Of a DNA stretch of 64,000 nucleotides, positions 46,809-56,531 are shown one piece after another. Both the position numbers and the translations under genes were made by a program. The DNA is taken from the NCBI GenBank assembly GCA_965218795.1, contig OZ244653.1, positions 1,152,001-1,216,000 of the forward strand. The letters are read 5' to 3'. The stretch is from a bacterium. GTDB lineage: Bacteria > UBA8248 > JACPRG01 > G963555815. Every line of letters begins with the position of its first letter. Within the stretch, counting starts at the first letter, position 1. The notes below the pieces were generated by a model. It ran no database searches, was not told the DNA's origin, and saw only the letters and a list, made by a program, of their open reading frames with translations.

Positions 46809-47969
46809 TCACTTCACGACGTGAAGCTCGCGCGGGTAATCCGTCAGGACTTCGTGACCGTCCTCGGTAATCAGGACGGTTTCGCTCAGGCCGACGCCGT
46901 ATTCGCGGTACTCGAAGACCGCCGGGAGGAAATGGTAGACCATCCCCGGCTGAAGGGCGCGCTTCTCGCCCCCTCGGAGCATCATGGTGCGGGCCTCGCT
47001 CCAGTCCGGAGGCAGCGCGATGCCGATGGAGTAACCGGCCTTGTGGCGGAACTTGTCGCCGTACCCCGCGTCGTCGATCACCTTCCGGGCCGCATGGTCC
47101 ACGTCCTCGGCCGGCGTTCCCGGCTTCATGAGCGGCAGGCCCGCTTCCAGCGACCGCCGGCAGAGATCGAACAGATCGTAGAAGAGCTTGGGAGGATCTC
47201 CGATGAAGCCGATTCGCATGATGGCCGCGTGATACCGCTTGATACTCGCCCCGATCTCGAAGTAGACCGCTTCGCCGGCCCGCACTGGATTTCCCTCCGC
47301 CATGGAGTGGGCCATGGTGTGGCGGACGCCAGCGTTGATCAGGGGCGGCAGGCCCGGAAACTCGCTTCCCTTGCTGAAGAGACCCTGATAGGCGGCCGCC
47401 ATCAGGCCGTCTTCGGTGATCCCTCCCCGGAGCGCATCCAGGGCGTAACGCATTCCGGTGGAGGCGGCCTGCCCGGCGAGCCGGCTGTACTCCCGCTCGG
47501 CGGGAGACTTGATCAGGCGCATGTTCTCGATGAGGAGGCTGGTGTCGACCCATTCCACATCGGGGAGCCGCTCGCGCAGGGCTTCGTAATCCGCGATGGT
47601 CAGATACCAGGCGCTTTTGTCGATACCGATGCGGCCCCGGTCCCATCCCCTCTCCTTCAGGACCCTGACCGTGGCGTCCAGGTAATGTTCGGTATCCGGA
47701 TAGAACTCGAGGCTCTCGACCCAGGAGCTTCCCTGGAGGGCGCTTTTCTCGATCAATCTGGAGAGGTGAACGGGATCGCCCGACGAGGGGACCAGCAAGG
47801 CCATATACGAATAGTAGCCGATGGTCCGGTAACCCGTCAGGTAATAAGTGTTCTCCAGCGTATGGACCATCATGAGATCCAGACCGCGGGAAGCCGTCTC
47901 GACTTGGACCTTTTCCAGCCTGCCCCGATATTCTTCCAGTGCAAACGGCAAATCAAACGCCTGCGCCAT
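46809..47969 (-). CDS. M24-family hydrolase, ectoine hydrolase (DoeA/EutD)-like
   Basis: EEYRGRL, YYLTGY, RLIKSPAE, RYHA.IMR, GYSIGI..PPDWSE. Confidence 0.85.
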   Translation of the reverse strand: MAQAFDLPFALEEYRGRLEKVQVETASRGLDLMMVHTLENTYYLTGYRTIGYYSYMALLVPSSGDPVHLSRLIEKSALQGSSWVESLEFYPDTEHYLDATVRVLKERGWDRGRIGIDKSAWYLTIADYEALRERLPDVEWVDTSLLIENMRLIKSPAEREYSRLAGQAASTGMRYALDALRGGITEDGLMAAAYQGLFSKGSEFPGLPPLINAGVRHTMAHSMAEGNPVRAGEAVYFEIGASIKRYHAAIMRIGFIGDPPKLFYDLFDLCRRSLEAGLPLMKPGTPAEDVDHAARKVIDDAGYGDKFRHKAGYSIGIALPPDWSEARTMMLRGGEKRALQPGMVYHFLPAVFEYREYGVGLSETVLITEDGHEVLTDYPRELHVVK

Positions 47970-48018
47970 GTCGTAAACCTCCGACGCTCAATAGGGACCG
48001 GAGACCCGGTCCGCCGGG

Positions 48019-48355
48019 TCAATATCCGAAGAATCTCGGGATTGAGATCGCCAATCCCGGAACATAGGTGATCAGAAGCAAAACGGCAATCTCGACGAGC
48101 AGGAAGGGCCAGATCGCCATCACCAGCCGTTCCACAGAGAGCTTCGCGATTCCCGAGGCCACGAACAGGCATACGCCCAGGGGGGGGTCGCCAGGCCAAT
48201 AATGAGATTAATGCTCATGATCATACCGAAAAGCAGCGGGTCGACGCCAATGCTCTTGGCGACCGGCAGGAGAACCGGAACGCAGGATAAGGATCAGCAA
48301 GGGGTTCCGCGTAACCGACAAGATGGCTTGGGAAATCTGCCGGGGGATCCGTGCG
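48019..48355 (-). pseudogene. TRAP transporter large permease (DctM) C-terminal remnant
   Basis: IPRQISQAILSVTRNPLLIL / VPVLLPVAKSIGVDPLLFG...IGLATPP / GVCLFVASGI...WPFLL...LITYVPG; contains a deletion and frameshifts. Confidence 0.85.
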
Positions 48356-48737
48356 GGCCGTGTGTTACTCTGCCCGTGTCCACTGCCCAATAGGGGGCGG
48401 GAATAACGCGTGGCCTGAGTCGATCATTCCTGTGCAGACAAGAATCCAGTGCATTCGAGGGGAGGCACCGGACGAGTCCTTATCCCCTGGACGCCGCAAG
48501 GGCTTTCTCTATCAAGGAGTCATACCTAAGGATAAGCATCGAATCGGGGAAAAAGGGACACCCCGATTCATCCGTACCAAAATGAATCCCTGCAAGAAAC
48601 TCGAAAGGAAATCAAGCATGGACCTTCCTGCAAAATTTCTTGCCAACCAGCGAACCCACTCTGCAGGACAAAGAGGGGGAGAGCGCATATGCGCTCTCCC
48701 CCCTCCCTTCTTGAAATCCCAGTGAAAATTCGTCGAC

Positions 48738-49563
48738 CTATCGAGCAGGTGTCAACTCAACCCGCCTGTTCAACGAACGGCCTTCGGGTGTCGCATTGTC
48801 TGCGACCGGTCTGGAGAATCCATAACCCGAAATCGGGAAACGCCCGCTCGGGATCCCCTGCATGGTCAGATAATCCTGAACGGCCCTGGCCCGGTTTTCC
48901 GAAAGGGTCTGGTTGTAAGCGGCTTTCCCTCGGTTGTCCATATGACCCTCGATCTTCATCCTAATGTCGGGATTCGCCTTGAGAACCTCAACAACCGCGT
49001 CCAACTCTACGGCGCCCCTGGGCTTGATGTCTGTCTTATCATTGTCGAACAGAATATGCCTGACGGCCCAGCAGCCCACCAAGTCCACTTTGGCGCCTTT
49101 GGGCGTCCCGGGGCACTGATCACGGACATCCACCACCCCGTCGCCGTCACTATCAAGCGGGCAGCCGTTTCCGTCAACCGCCGCACCCTCTGGGGTATCG
49201 GAGCACTTGTCCCGATAGTCGGGTACGCCGTCCCTGTCGGTGTCGGGACACAGGCCCTTGGCCTTCTCCAGCGCCATCTGAGCCATTTCTTCCGCCTTTG
49301 CGGTCTGACAGGTCCAATAAGTCGCCTCTGCCTCTTTGCGTATTTTCAACACCCCGTTGTAGGCAACGGGACAGTCCTTATCCTTACCCGTCCCTCGGGC
49401 TTGCTCCAGTAGCCGATCAATCTGTTCCAAGGGCTCAAAAACTTCTGGATACGTGGAACGATCCAGCGTGGGCAAGGTGGTGCAGCCGCTCACCAGGAGT
49501 AAAAGACCACAAAAAACCGGGGCATACCAGTCAAGTTTTTTTTGAACGCCTTTTTCTTGCCAT
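48738..49563 (-). pseudogene. OmpA-family lipoprotein with TSP3-like repeats, frameshifted in the signal peptide
   Basis: DxDxDGVxD..DxC repeats and OmpA domain (LSENRA, NRRVE). AGGAGG plus ATG at 49563 is out of frame because of an A8 run. Confidence 0.78.
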
Positions 49564-49662
49564 CGCGATTACCTCCTGCATGAAACTGTATGAAAATGAA
49601 GTTTTTGCGGGCTCGGCCCGTTTCTCACAATCTCTTCCACATGGCAACGAAGTTGCGGCCAG

Positions 49663-50661
49663 CTAGCATTCCACGCCCAACTCGGCCATGAACCTTCGAT
49701 ACTGAACGGCAATCGCGTCGGGCGCTTTGACGTGAAGCTCCTCCGACAGGTCCAGCGGCAGCTCTTCCGGACGCTGCCGTTCCACGATGACCCGGTCCTG
49801 TTCGGTGACGACCTCCTGCAGATCGTCGATGCCGAGCACCGTTCCGGCCTCGGGCTCATGGTTTCGATAGATGGTCAGAAACCGCGTGGTTTCCTTCGCC
49901 GAGTTCGGGCAGGAATAGTTCAGATAGACCTCTCTGTTGCCGTTGGGCTCTTCCTTCCGCTGGTAAATCGTGAACGGACGAAACACGCTGTAGTTTCGAG
50001 TATGCGGAAGCGCGATGGTCTTGTTGGCCGGGACATCCACCTGGAAGAGCAGCACCTCTCCGTCGCGCTCGATCCTGGCCTCGGAGACCCTCGGCTGGTC
50101 CGGGCTGCCCAATATCCCCCGGTGGACGAAAGCAAAATGGGCCTGGTCGAAGAAGTTTTCGGTCGCCCGGCCCGCGCTGGTCTTCCAGTTCCATTTGTTT
50201 CGGAAGATCGGCTTGTAATCCGGTTCTTCGGCCAGCGGGCATTCAGGTATGGGCGTACGGGGCTCATCGGACATGCAAACCCACACCATCCCATACCGCT
50301 CAGCCGCCGTGTACGTGGTGAGGCAAGCCCGCTTGGGGATCGGGTGCTCGTCAGGAATGGACGGGATGCGCGTGCACTTCCCCTCGGCGTTGTATTCCCA
50401 CCCGTGATAACAGCAAATGATCCGGTCGTTCTCGATATGGCCGAGGGATATGGGCGTCCCCCGATGGACGCACAGGTCGGAGAACGCGGCCAACCCCCCA
50501 CCCACCCTGCAGACAATGATGTCCTCGTCGAGAAGCCGGACCGGAAAAATCTCGTTCTCCCCGACGTCCTCCGACCAGGCGACAACGTGCCAATAATCGC
50601 GCAGAGCCGGCCAGAGCGCTTCTTCCAAGAGCGGTGCGTCTTTGATTGCGCCTTTCGCCAT
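49663..50661 (-). CDS. Rieske non-heme iron oxygenase alpha subunit (VanA/DdmC demethylase-like)
   Basis: CVHRG...CCYHGW; ENFFDQAHFAFVH; EQD. Confidence 0.92.
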   Translation of the reverse strand: MAKGAIKDAPLLEEALWPALRDYWHVVAWSEDVGENEIFPVRLLDEDIIVCRVGGGLAAFSDLCVHRGTPISLGHIENDRIICCYHGWEYNAEGKCTRIPSIPDEHPIPKRACLTTYTAAERYGMVWVCMSDEPRTPIPECPLAEEPDYKPIFRNKWNWKTSAGRATENFFDQAHFAFVHRGILGSPDQPRVSEARIERDGEVLLFQVDVPANKTIALPHTRNYSVFRPFTIYQRKEEPNGNREVYLNYSCPNSAKETTRFLTIYRNHEPEAGTVLGIDDLQEVVTEQDRVIVERQRPEELPLDLSEELHVKAPDAIAVQYRRFMAELGVEC

Positions 50662-50835
50662 TCTCACTCTCCTCTTTTCACCCGGCATTCCCGAACGCCG
50701 ATGAGCGGCTCAAACCATTCCATCACCATCAGCCGGACCGTGGAACCCCATTTTTGGATCCGAAATCTCCCGAGGCCCGGTCTCCACAGCGTCCTGCCCG
50801 GGCGAACAGGCCTCCGGCCGGCGGCCGGGTGTCTC

Positions 50836-51600
50836 CTACGCAAAAACCTGGCGGTACTTGTCCATCATCCCCCGCTCCTCATACCAGAGCAGGGTCTCGA
50901 CGGATTTTCCCGTGCCCTCCATTTCGGTCAGGAGGTACAGAAGGGGTTCGACCACGTGATCCGGCGTCATGCAAATATTCTGCTCGAAGTACTCACGCGG
51001 CGTGTCGGCCTGAAAATTCGTATCCGCCATGGTCGGACAAAAGGCGTTCACGCGGATCCCGTGCTTTTCCATATGGGTCGAGAGGCAATGGTTGAATCCC
51101 TCGACTGCGTACTTGGTCGTGGTATACGGGATGCATCGGACGTCCCGGTATTTGAACCGGGCCGTGGTCGACGAGATGTTCACGATGTGCCCCGATCTCC
51201 GATCGATCATATGGGGAAGGACCGCCTTGGAGCACAGGAACGGACCCCTCACATTCACGGCAAACACCGTGTCCCATTGCTCCACGCTGCATGCAGTCAA
51301 ATCGCCGCTGGGGGCGTTGATGCCTGCATTATTGATCAAAACGTCAATCTGGCCGAATCGATCAAGCGTGGCCTTCACCATGGCTTCCACCTGGGCCTCG
51401 TCCGACACGTCCGTCGTGACCGCGATGGCCGAACCTCCAGCGTCGGTCATCTCCTGAACGATCCGCTCGATGTCCACGGCGCTGATATCGGCCACTGTCA
51501 CATTCATACCCTCTTTGGCGAGCGCCTTGCTCTCCTGCTCGCCAAAACCCATTCCCCCACCGGTCACGATTGCGGTTTGTCCCGCCAGTTTGCTTGCCAC
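50836..51600 (-). CDS. SDR oxidoreductase
   Basis: TGGGMGFG, NNAG, NISS, YTTTK. Confidence 0.92.
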   Translation of the reverse strand: MASKLAGQTAIVTGGGMGFGEQESKALAKEGMNVTVADISAVDIERIVQEMTDAGGSAIAVTTDVSDEAQVEAMVKATLDRFGQIDVLINNAGINAPSGDLTACSVEQWDTVFAVNVRGPFLCSKAVLPHMIDRRSGHIVNISSTTARFKYRDVRCIPYTTTKYAVEGFNHCLSTHMEKHGIRVNAFCPTMADTNFQADTPREYFEQNICMTPDHVVEPLLYLLTEMEGTGKSVETLLWYEERGMMDKYRQVFA

Positions 51601-51639
51601 GAATCGGTCTCCTTTCAAATTCCGCCGCTGGACGGAGTC

Positions 51640-52434
51640 TCACCCGAGCAGGCGATCCCGAATGATGGAAGTATATGGATCCGCGTTCATCACGGCCGGA
51701 TAATGACCGCCTGTCGCCAGCGTGTGCTGTTCGGCGCCTGCGTAACGTTCCCTGACCTCGGCCCGGATGGATTGGCCCATAATGGGATCGTCCTCACAGT
51801 CGATCACAACAATCCGTGTATCCGGAATCGGCAAAGCGGGCACCGGGGTCGCCGTGGCCATGGTCAACATCCTGGATTTGAGGGTTTCGGGCGGCTGAAC
51901 ACCCTTGCCGACCTGATCCAGCATGATCTCCTTCAACTCCGCCATAGCGGGGTTCGACACATCGTAGTTCTCGATGTACTCCATGAAGCGGTCCCGAACC
52001 GCTTCCGGCGGCATCGCTTCGATCTCTTCGGGCCTCTGGCCCGCAGCCTGAATCGAGCCTGCATCGATCAGTGAGTTGGCAATCAAGAGAGTCTCAATCC
52101 GGCCGGAATTGCGGAGGGCGAAGATTTGGGCCCAGTACCCGCCGATGGATGATCCCAGCAGGTTCGTTTTCGCCAGACCCTTCCGGTCGCAAAACTCGGC
52201 CAGACCGTCGGAGAGCTTCTCGGGGTCGGGCTCGGCCGGATAGGATAAGGCAATCATCCTCATCCGATCGCCGAGGGACAACACCTGTTTGTAAAAAACG
52301 TCTCCCGTTCCCTGCATGCCCGGCATCATGACAATCGAGGGGCCGGACCCGCCGCTCTCGACGAATACCCATTCCTTTCCATCGATCGTCTCGATTTGCC
52401 GGGTGAATCGATCCCTGTACTCCTGAAAGCTCAT
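51640..52434 (-). CDS. Alpha/beta hydrolase
   Basis: MPG, GSSIGG nucleophile elbow, DDP, GGHYP. Confidence 0.88.
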   Translation of the reverse strand: MSFQEYRDRFTRQIETIDGKEWVFVESGGSGPSIVMMPGMQGTGDVFYKQVLSLGDRMRMIALSYPAEPDPEKLSDGLAEFCDRKGLAKTNLLGSSIGGYWAQIFALRNSGRIETLLIANSLIDAGSIQAAGQRPEEIEAMPPEAVRDRFMEYIENYDVSNPAMAELKEIMLDQVGKGVQPPETLKSRMLTMATATPVPALPIPDTRIVVIDCEDDPIMGQSIRAEVRERYAGAEQHTLATGGHYPAVMNADPYTSIIRDRLLG

Positions 52435-52590
52435 TCCAACGAGTCTCCCTCATCCGTTCGGAGCGAAGGCCGGCCATACGTTTCTGTTCCCCCTGACGAA
52501 CGCATGCCGGCAAATGACTGTATCAACTCAATCGAATGCCCGGAATCCGGAAGAACCCGGGCCTCGAGCGCAACGAGGTTGAGGCCCTTA

Positions 52591-52823
52591 TTATAAGGTA
52601 GACAGATAAGCTGCCAAGTTCCTGATCTCGGTATCCGAGGGTTTCCGGAACGCCTGCATCGTGTCAATCGGTTTCTGAAGCCGGGCCTCGATGTCCGTTT
52701 CATTCGCGTCCCCGCGGCTGAAGGGGAGTTCCCCCCGCCTGAACAGGTCCCTTGAACCCGGGCTCCATCTTTGTATCCTTCGAATCGGCGTAGTGACAGA
52801 AGGCGCACTTTTTGTCGAAGTCC
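52591..52823 (-). pseudogene. Cytochrome c remnant
   Basis: DFDKKCAFCHYADSKDTKMEPGFKG, frameshift, then LFRRGELP...MQAF...EIRNLAAYLSTL. Confidence 0.75.
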
Positions 52824-53100
52824 TGCCCTGCCCCCCTGAGAGGGGTTTAGTTCGAGGGTCAGAATTTCGATATACTTTCAAGCCGGTACGCAGCGGGAAG
52901 GGGTCATCATGAGCGGGAAACCCTTCACGTCCGAGCGCATCATTCACAAGCGACGTCCAGGCGAAATCGAGTTCTCCCAGGGCCAAGTCACCGTCCAGAT
53001 GCAGCAAGCATCCCGGTGTCGCCGAGCAGACCAGCACTTCCGGCAATGGGAGAGCAGAGATGAACTCAAAAAAGGATACAACATAAGAGGGGGCAGGGTA
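52824..53100 (+). mobile_element. Internally deleted IS3-family element (277 bp)
   Basis: Inverted termini TGCCCTGCCCCC/GGGGGCAGGGTA; OrfA-like MSGKPFTSERIIHK...EIEFSQG.../GVAEQT. Confidence 0.75.
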
Positions 53101-53225
53101 TTCCTTTTGCTGCGACGAAATCCGACAAAGTGGTGACATGGCGGCACAGAGTCACCGCACGTTGGCATCGCGACCCTCTTCACGCCTGGCCCCAAGGGTC
53201 CGCTCATCTGCCAAGGAGGAGGAAA

Positions 53226-53996
53226 GTGACCAACCGCGTTCGAATCATCCATTACGGGCAACAGGGGTTTCCCGGACCGGCTTTCTACTACATGGGCCGA
53301 TTCGGCGAAATGATTCAGGTTCCTCTCTATTTCTGGATCATCGAGAGCGAGAAGCAAACGATACTCGTTGATGTGGGTGTGAGCGCCAAGCAATCCCTGG
53401 AGCTCAACAAGGAGATCGTCGAGCAATTCGGCGAGGAAGCCGCATGGATCATTCCCCCCGAGAAAAGCCCGGAGGCGCAATTGGCGGGACTCGGGATTCA
53501 GTTGGGTGATGTCCGGCACGTCATCCTGACCCACCTCCACGGAGATCATTCGCTCAACATCACGAACATTCCGAACGCTGAGATCCTGATGTCCCGCTCA
53601 TCCTGGGAAGCCATCAGCGCGCCGGCCCATCCCGGTCTGGTCCCGCCGAGTCAGTTTCCCTATCACGTGATTGATTTTCTCCGAGAAGAGCTGGGAAACC
53701 GATTTCGACTTGTGGAAGACGGCTCAGAGCCCTTTCCGGGCGTTCGGCTGTTCCGGATGGGCGGCCACAGTCCGGACCTGACATCGGTGACCGTCGAGAC
53801 CGGGGCCGGTGAGGTCATCATCGCGAGTGATGCGGCGATGTTTTATGACAGTCTGGAGCTCGGATGGCCCAGCAACGGATACAATCAGCTCGAAGCCCTA
53901 CAGGCCCTCGACTGGATCCAGGAACGTGAGGGGATCGTCCTGCCCGGACACGACTGGAAGGTCTTGGAGCGCCATCCCGAGGGCGTCGTCGGGTAA
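53226..53996 (+). CDS. MBL-fold hydrolase, N-acyl homoserine lactonase family
   Basis: LVDVG, THLHGDH, GGHSP, ASDA, PGHD. AGGAGG RBS with GTG start. Confidence 0.9.
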   Translation: MTNRVRIIHYGQQGFPGPAFYYMGRFGEMIQVPLYFWIIESEKQTILVDVGVSAKQSLELNKEIVEQFGEEAAWIIPPEKSPEAQLAGLGIQLGDVRHVILTHLHGDHSLNITNIPNAEILMSRSSWEAISAPAHPGLVPPSQFPYHVIDFLREELGNRFRLVEDGSEPFPGVRLFRMGGHSPDLTSVTVETGAGEVIIASDAAMFYDSLELGWPSNGYNQLEALQALDWIQEREGIVLPGHDWKVLERHPEGVVG

Positions 53997-54291
53997 TCAG
54001 TCAGAGTCCGAACGCTGGATCAAGAAGACAAATCAAGGAGGCCCGGCCTCTGTTCGACCGGCTATGCAGGATTCTGACGGACGCAGGGGTCAGCCAGAAC
54101 AGGATAGAGAGGCGGGTTTCCATACGCCCAGGCCCGAGGAGTCGGTTTCCCGGATCATCCTGGCGGCGGAGCCTGTTCCCTTGGTATTGGGACGTCCTTC
54201 GCCGCCACATGGAGGATGAGCTCAAACGGAAGGCCCGCGCGCGGGCAAGGGCTTACGATCCGCGTGGTCCAGCAGCGGGGCCTCTTGCGCC

Positions 54292-55041
54292 TCACACCAT
54301 AACATCGCCCCCGCACGGGGCCAGGGTCTGGCCCGTGTAATACGCTGAATCGTCCGATGCCAGGAACAGGACGGTCGACGTCACATCGTCCACCTCCCCC
54401 AACCGTCGCAAGGGATAACGCTGCCGCAGCGCTTCCAGCATCTTCGGATCATAATTCTCTATCATTTCCGTCTTGATCATTGCGGGACAGACCGAATTGA
54501 CCCGTACGCCTCGGGGGCCCAGTTCGTGCGCCAACGCGCGCGTAAAGGCAATCATGGCGGCCTTGGCCGCGGAAACATGAGCAAAAAGCCCCTCCGGTTT
54601 GATGCCGAACGAGCCGACCATATTGATGATGTTTCCTTTCCCGCGCCCGACCATGCCGGGGACGACGAAGTGGGAGCACAGGAACATTCCCCGCACATGG
54701 ACCGCCTGAACCCGGTCCCAATCATCGACGCTCATTTCGGTAAAGGGCTTGGGGAAGGCAACCCCCGCGTTGTTGACGAGGATATCAATCCTCCCGTATT
54801 TCTCTATCGCGCCCGCCACGAGACTTTCCGCGTCGTTTTCCTGCGTGATGTCCGCCTGTCTCGCGAAAGCCTCGCTCCCTCTCTCCTGCACTCCTTGAAC
54901 GACCTCCTGCGCGGCTTCGCTCGCCTGAAGGTAATTGAATGCGACCTTGACCCCCGCTTCGGCGAAGGCAAAGGCGATCGCGCGGCCGAGTCCCCGGCTG
55001 CCTCCCGTGATTAACGCCACCTGCCCTTCCAGATTTTTCAT
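54292..55041 (-). CDS. SDR oxidoreductase with atypical active site
   Basis: TGGSRGLG, NNAG; HVSAAK where YxxxK is expected. Confidence 0.9.
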   Translation of the reverse strand: MKNLEGQVALITGGSRGLGRAIAFAFAEAGVKVAFNYLQASEAAQEVVQGVQERGSEAFARQADITQENDAESLVAGAIEKYGRIDILVNNAGVAFPKPFTEMSVDDWDRVQAVHVRGMFLCSHFVVPGMVGRGKGNIINMVGSFGIKPEGLFAHVSAAKAAMIAFTRALAHELGPRGVRVNSVCPAMIKTEMIENYDPKMLEALRQRYPLRRLGEVDDVTSTVLFLASDDSAYYTGQTLAPCGGDVMV

Positions 55042-55053
55042 TTCCCGCCCGCC

Positions 55054-56451
55054 TTATGGAATCGTCTGATGTTCGCCCGCCTGGACGGGGATAAACTCTC
55101 CCCGCCAGTCATCTTCTCCAACCCAACGGCCCTCTCGCGCCACGAGGTGTCCCCGGCAAAACGTTTCTCTGACACGGCCTTTGATGCGCATACCCTCAAA
55201 CGGGGTGAAATCGGAGTTCGTCGCCAACTCTGAAGCGGCCAGCGTAGACTCCGGGACCGGATCGTAAACCACAACGTCCGCGTCGGCACCGATCTGCAAG
55301 GCGCCCTTCCTGGGGTGCAAACCGAATATCCGCGCCGGCTCCTCGGATAGGACTTTCACCATCCGCTCGACCGTCAGCCTCCCTTCATCCACACCGTAGG
55401 TGTACATCAACGGAAGCAGGGTTTCTATCCCCGGGATGCCGGGGGGGACGTCCTCGAAGGTCTTCACGTCATGCAATTTCTGCTGCCGGCTGTACGAGCC
55501 GTGATCCGTCGCCGCCACTTGAAGGTCCCCGGAGACCAGGGCCGCCCAGAGCCCTTCCTGGTTTTCTTTGTGCCGGAGGGGGGGGCTCATGATGAACAAG
55601 GGGGCATCTTCCTGGAAATAGCTGCTTTCATCCAGGATGAGATAGTGGGGGCAGGTTTCCCCCCAGATGCGGACCCCGTCCTTCCGGGCCTCCCCGATCA
55701 GCCGGGCGGCCTCGGCCGTGGACACATGCTTGATGTACACCTCGCAGTCCGTCAATCGCGAATACCGGATGACGGATTCGATCGCCGCCACCTCGGAAAT
55801 GGGCGGGTGGGCCTCGCCATGATAACGGGGCTCGGTACGGCCGGCCCGGAGAAGGGATTCGCTCGCCCGGTTGATCTGTTCATCCACCTCTGCGTGAATC
55901 CCGAGAAACCCCTCCGTTCCTGCAATCGCTCGCATCAATTCCAGGATGGCGCCGTCATCCGTCCGGCGGCCCTGCTTGCCATAGGCCATGTAGACCTTGA
56001 AGCTTCGAATCCCCTCCTGCAGCGCGCGCGGCGCTTCGGCCACCGCTTCCGGTGTCGGATCGACCAGGGTGAGATGAAGGGTGTAGTCGATACCCACCTT
56101 GGCGCTGGCGACGTCCTTCCGGGCCTTCAGCGCTTCCAGTGGGCTGCCCCCTTTCCGTTGGCGGGCGTAGTCGATGAGGGTGGTTACGCCCCCGCAGGCC
56201 GCAGCGCGGCTGCCGGTGTGGAAATCATCGCCGAGCTCGCCGTGCCCGAAGGAAACCTCAAGCTGAACGTGCGCATCGATGGCGCCGGGAAGGAGGAGGC
56301 ATCCCGCACAGTCGAGCGACTCACGGAAATCGAAAAGCGGACTTGCTTCCGGCCGACCCACGAAATGGATCTTTCCGTCGAGGATTCCCAGATCGGCCTG
56401 AACGATCCCATCGGGTGTGACCAGGGTTCCGTTCTTCAGTAACAGGTCCAT
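55054..56451 (-). CDS. hydA: Dihydropyrimidinase/D-hydantoinase family protein
   Basis: GSRAAACGGVT, SFKVYMAY, HAE, GETCPHYL, MSPPLR, TDH, PPGIPGIE. Confidence 0.85.
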   Translation of the reverse strand: MDLLLKNGTLVTPDGIVQADLGILDGKIHFVGRPEASPLFDFRESLDCAGCLLLPGAIDAHVQLEVSFGHGELGDDFHTGSRAAACGGVTTLIDYARQRKGGSPLEALKARKDVASAKVGIDYTLHLTLVDPTPEAVAEAPRALQEGIRSFKVYMAYGKQGRRTDDGAILELMRAIAGTEGFLGIHAEVDEQINRASESLLRAGRTEPRYHGEAHPPISEVAAIESVIRYSRLTDCEVYIKHVSTAEAARLIGEARKDGVRIWGETCPHYLILDESSYFQEDAPLFIMSPPLRHKENQEGLWAALVSGDLQVAATDHGSYSRQQKLHDVKTFEDVPPGIPGIETLLPLMYTYGVDEGRLTVERMVKVLSEEPARIFGLHPRKGALQIGADADVVVYDPVPESTLAASELATNSDFTPFEGMRIKGRVRETFCRGHLVAREGRWVGEDDWRGEFIPVQAGEHQTIP

Positions 56452-56531
56452 GAGCGAGACTTGGGGGCATCTTCAGAATGAGAAACAGCGACATCTTCTC
56501 GGCGCGACTGCCGGAAGGGGCGGATTCGAAC

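Noticed and set aside
49642-49657. Sigma54-like TGGCAACGAAGTTGC
   Set aside because: It faces away from the OmpA gene and is explained by a short palindrome.
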